The translations under genes were made by a program, and so were the position numbers. DNA of 64,000 nt, taken from contig NW_024704751.1 in assembly GCF_018977255.1 (NCBI RefSeq), forward strand, positions 8,680,001 to 8,744,000, written 5' to 3'. Positions 60,710 to 64,000 of the stretch are shown here, piece after piece. Below the pieces are notes generated by a model, which was given only the letters and a program-made list of their open reading frames with translations, searched no databases and was not told where the DNA came from. This DNA comes from Callorhinchus milii. Taxonomy: Eukaryota. Position 1 is the first letter of the stretch; each line of letters begins with the position of its first letter.

Positions 60710-60914
60710 ATGAGCTTTTCTGGCACTAAAGCCCTGAGCAGCAGCAGCGGCGGCGGCGGCGGCGGTAGTAGTAGTAGTAAGAAACAGGAGACGGTCGGTA
60801 TGAAGGTGAAAAAGAGCTCGTCGGAGGGTCTGTCTGTCACCAGTGAGGAGGAGCTGCTCAAGAAGGAGAGCGTCTCGCCCGAGGATGTGCTGGGACTGCA
60901 GAAGATCACCCAGA
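60710..60914 (+). CDS. unc119: Protein unc-119 homolog A, first coding exon only (gene continues beyond the window)
   Basis: MSFSG...MKVKK...VTSEEELLKKESVSPEDVLGLQKITQ then phase-1 donor A|GTGAGT. PEDVLGLQKIT is the UNC119 exon-1 signature; adjacent to pigs as in human. No exon 2 found before 64000. Confidence 0.9.
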
Positions 60915-63900
60915 GTGAGTACCCCCCCCACCCCCCACCCCCCCAGGGCTCAGGGAGAGCCTGGCAAGGCTGGCAAGGCTGGCACAGAGGGAGAGAGAGG
61001 GGGGGCAAGGGGTGGGGGGGTGGGTGATGTGCTGAGCAGGACTGTGCTGGGGTTGGGCTGGTGAGGTGTGTTGGTTGGGCTGGGGATGTGGGCAGAGTGA
61101 GCCAGGACTGGGGTATGTGGTGTGTGTGTGTTTGGGTGGGGGTGGGGGGTGGGGGTGGGTGGGATGGGGCAATGTGACCCGGGGGCAGGGGTTTGGGGGA
61201 GGCGGGGGAAGCCGCCGACCCCAGCCTCAGCCGGGCGTTCACTTCCATCAAGACCAGCAGCTTCTTTCTTAAGTCAAGGGACCTGTCAGCTCCTGTCTGA
61301 CCCCCCCCCACCCCCACCACCACCCTCGCCACCCTCGCCACCCTCGCCACCCTCTCTCTCACCCTCTTGCGGGCATCTGTGTGTGTGTGTGTGTGTGTGT
61401 GTGTCAGTCAGGGCAGAGCACTGGCACTGATAATAATGCCTAATGATCCTTGTGTTCGACGCAGCGACGCATCACGTCTTCGAGACGTCTCAAAGCGCTT
61501 CGCGGGACGACAGACGCACTGTTTTTTTAAGAAAGATGTTTAATCAGCACACAGTTACACCGGAGACCGACAGGCCTCAGTGTTTGCATTGAATGCTTTG
61601 CGGTGATTCCTTACCCCCCCCCACTCCCACCCCCACCCCCCCCCACCACACACATACACACGCACACATACTACCCACCCCCACCCCCGGCCCCAAATCT
61701 CCTTTTCAACTGCCAGCGACCAGCCTCAGAAGCGTGATGTCACCCGAGTCAATTTTTCAAACCGTTTCTCTATTAAAAAAAAAAATTTGAAACGGAGGAT
61801 TCCGCCCGCACATCCTTCACCTTTTGCCGCCCCCCGGGGAATATCGGCAGGGCCCAGGGGACCACAGCTGTTGTGGGGCTGAATTTAGCTTGGTGGGTAT
61901 TTTACCTTCGACGGGGAGCATCAGTTACAGGCACTGCAACTGACTTGGGCGCTCTGGGTTTCACTTTATCTCTAACCCCGGAAAGGTGTTGTGTGCGCGT
62001 AGGGTTAGGGTAGGCCTGGGCTGTGGTGGTTGAGTGCCCTGCTGCCTCGGCTCACACACGTGTGAAGAACACGAGAATCGCTTACGTTTTGTCCACAAAG
62101 TATACAGTCAATTCGCTTGAGCGTATATCCTGTGAAGCGCTTTGAGATGTCGCGAAGATGTGATCAGGCGCTGTGTCAAATGCAAGGATTATTATTATTA
62201 TTATTATTATTATTATTGCTGGACGAAAGAAGACCAAGGTCCATCCAGTTCACTTTCCACCATCCTGGCAGTCACGTGGCATGTCGTGTCCCAATCTATA
62301 CACTATATGCCGAGATATTATTTCCTAACAGAAATCTATCCAATTTGCTTTTGAGAGCATCGACACTTTCTGCTTCCACCGTTTCCCTTGGGAACCTGCT
62401 CCATACATTTATTGCTTGTTCACCGAAGTAGTGTTTCTGCAGATTTTTTCTGTATTTGCTCCCCCTTCAACTCGCAGGCCAATATAAACAAGCAAGAGAT
62501 ATCAGCAGAATTTACCAGCTCCTGTGGTTGTGTTTTGCTATGGTGCCTTCTAGCAGCAGAGGAGAGGGTTGGGGGCGAAGGATAGGGATGTTTGCAAAAC
62601 TGTAATCTAATTTTTGTGACCAGATAACCTCTCGAGCTTCTTGCCATCGTAAATCCATTCTTGCGATTTGTGCTTCCTGATCAGCCCGAGAGATATCTGT
62701 CGCTCTTTGGGTAACTACTGGCTGTGAGGTATGTGTTTGTCTCAGTCAGTAACACTCAGCTCTGAGGCAGGAGGCAGTGGTTTGGAACCCTACATTGCTG
62801 ACTCAAGGTATGAGCGAGACTGAGCCTCGTTTACACTGTCGGAGGTGTCGTGCTCTGGATGGTAGAGGCCATTCAGCCCCTCGAGCCTGTTCCGCCCTTC
62901 TGTAAGATCAAGGCTGATCTGCCTCTCAACTCCAACTACCCGCCATGTCCCTTGATACCCTGACCTAACACATCTATCTGCCTCGGTCTTGAAAATTTGA
63001 CTGGATCCAGAATCCTGTCTCACGTTGTTGTTCCCTTCCCCCATCCGATTTCCCTAAAATAGCTTAATTATTCAGTCATTAATCTGGTTGCAATGTGTGG
63101 ATTAGCTGCCACGTTTGTCTACATACCAGCAGGTCCCCTGTGCTTCAGTGCGGGGCAGCCCGGCTCAAACTTGCCTCTGAGTCAGACGTTTTCTTTCGCT
63201 TTTAGTCATCAGGTGTCTGCCACGAGCGGAAACCCATCGCTGCGCTTAGATCTACATGTGTACACACGACAGTTTCTCTGTGGCATGAAATGAGCACCTT
63301 CACCCTTTCACTTCTGCATATTAGTTCCTATCCATGCAATGGAAAGGCTTCCATTCCTCCAGCCTGTTTGCCAATATCCTGCCAAGCGCTTTGAGACGTC
63401 TCGAAGAGGTGACAAGGCGCTGTATCAAACACAAAGGATCATTATTATCTATTATAATTACTGTTAAGAAGTTTTTTTTTGATGTAAAGCACCTGCGAGG
63501 TGTTTTTGATTTGACAAAGCGCTTACGGAAAAAAAAACAACTCATTGTGTGAAACGAGATGTTTTTAAATGTGACCTGGTGCAAAATCGGACGGAACTGT
63601 CCTTTTCCATTCGTTTTGTATTCATTAATAATAATAATAATATTAATAATCCTCGCATTTGATACAGCGCCTCATCACGTCTTCGAGACGTCTCAAAGGG
63701 CTTCACCGGATACACTGTAAAGTGAACCGACTGTACATTAAAATGGGAACTATTAATACTGGGACTGCAGACTGGGCCATCTGAGGCCGCTCAGGCGAGG
63801 GTTGATTTACCTGGGTTATAATCTGACCCTGGGTCAAGCAGAGTGAGCGGGCAGCCCGGTCGGTACACAGAGCAGCATCTCCCATCCCAATCCCTGCCCA

Positions 63901-64000
63901 GGGATCCAGGCCCGAAACTTACACCCGGTCTCTTTCACCCGTGAAACCATTCGGCCTCAAACATTTCCCGGCTATGAAAAAATGACGGACCGTCGTTCAG

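Noticed and set aside
62610-62655. Candidate unc119 exon 2 acceptor (GACCAG|ATAACCTC)
   Set aside because: The frame hits a stop within about 10 codons and lacks the expected YLC...IDF..FKIRD motif.

Overview
Vertebrate genomic DNA, most likely a cartilaginous fish (inferred from DeuSINE/SacSINE-type, L2 and CR1 repeats and from protein divergence). Five intron-containing genes lie on the + strand. I rebuilt them by hand from GT-AG sites with consistent phases: lrrc75a (4 coding exons, 337 aa), spag5/astrin (25 coding exons, about 1627 aa), aldoc (8 coding exons, 368 aa), pigs (11 coding exons, 557 aa) and the first coding exon of unc119. The spag5-aldoc-pigs-unc119 order and orientation match the human 17q11.2 block. 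Introns are packed with SINEs, LINE 3' ends and C/A- or G-rich micro/minisatellites, which explain nearly all other ORFs in the track. There are two N gaps. Most unusual observations: (1) the pigs exon-1 splice donor is amplified into a minisatellite of about 27 copies that has no stop codon in the ATG frame; (2) spag5 has a 2.1-kb exon with a higher-order acidic repeat (11-aa units inside a duplicated 133/134-aa block); (3) a small Helitron-like element joins a Rep/Hel-like ORF start directly to its CTAG end; (4) an unidentified coding-derived repeat occurs as two inverted copies around lrrc75a; (5) aldolase C has an acidic-expanded C-terminal tail. I see no firm evidence of a wholly new multi-gene system; the splice-donor arrays are the best candidate for undescribed biology. 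All comparisons to human sequences are from memory and need alignment.
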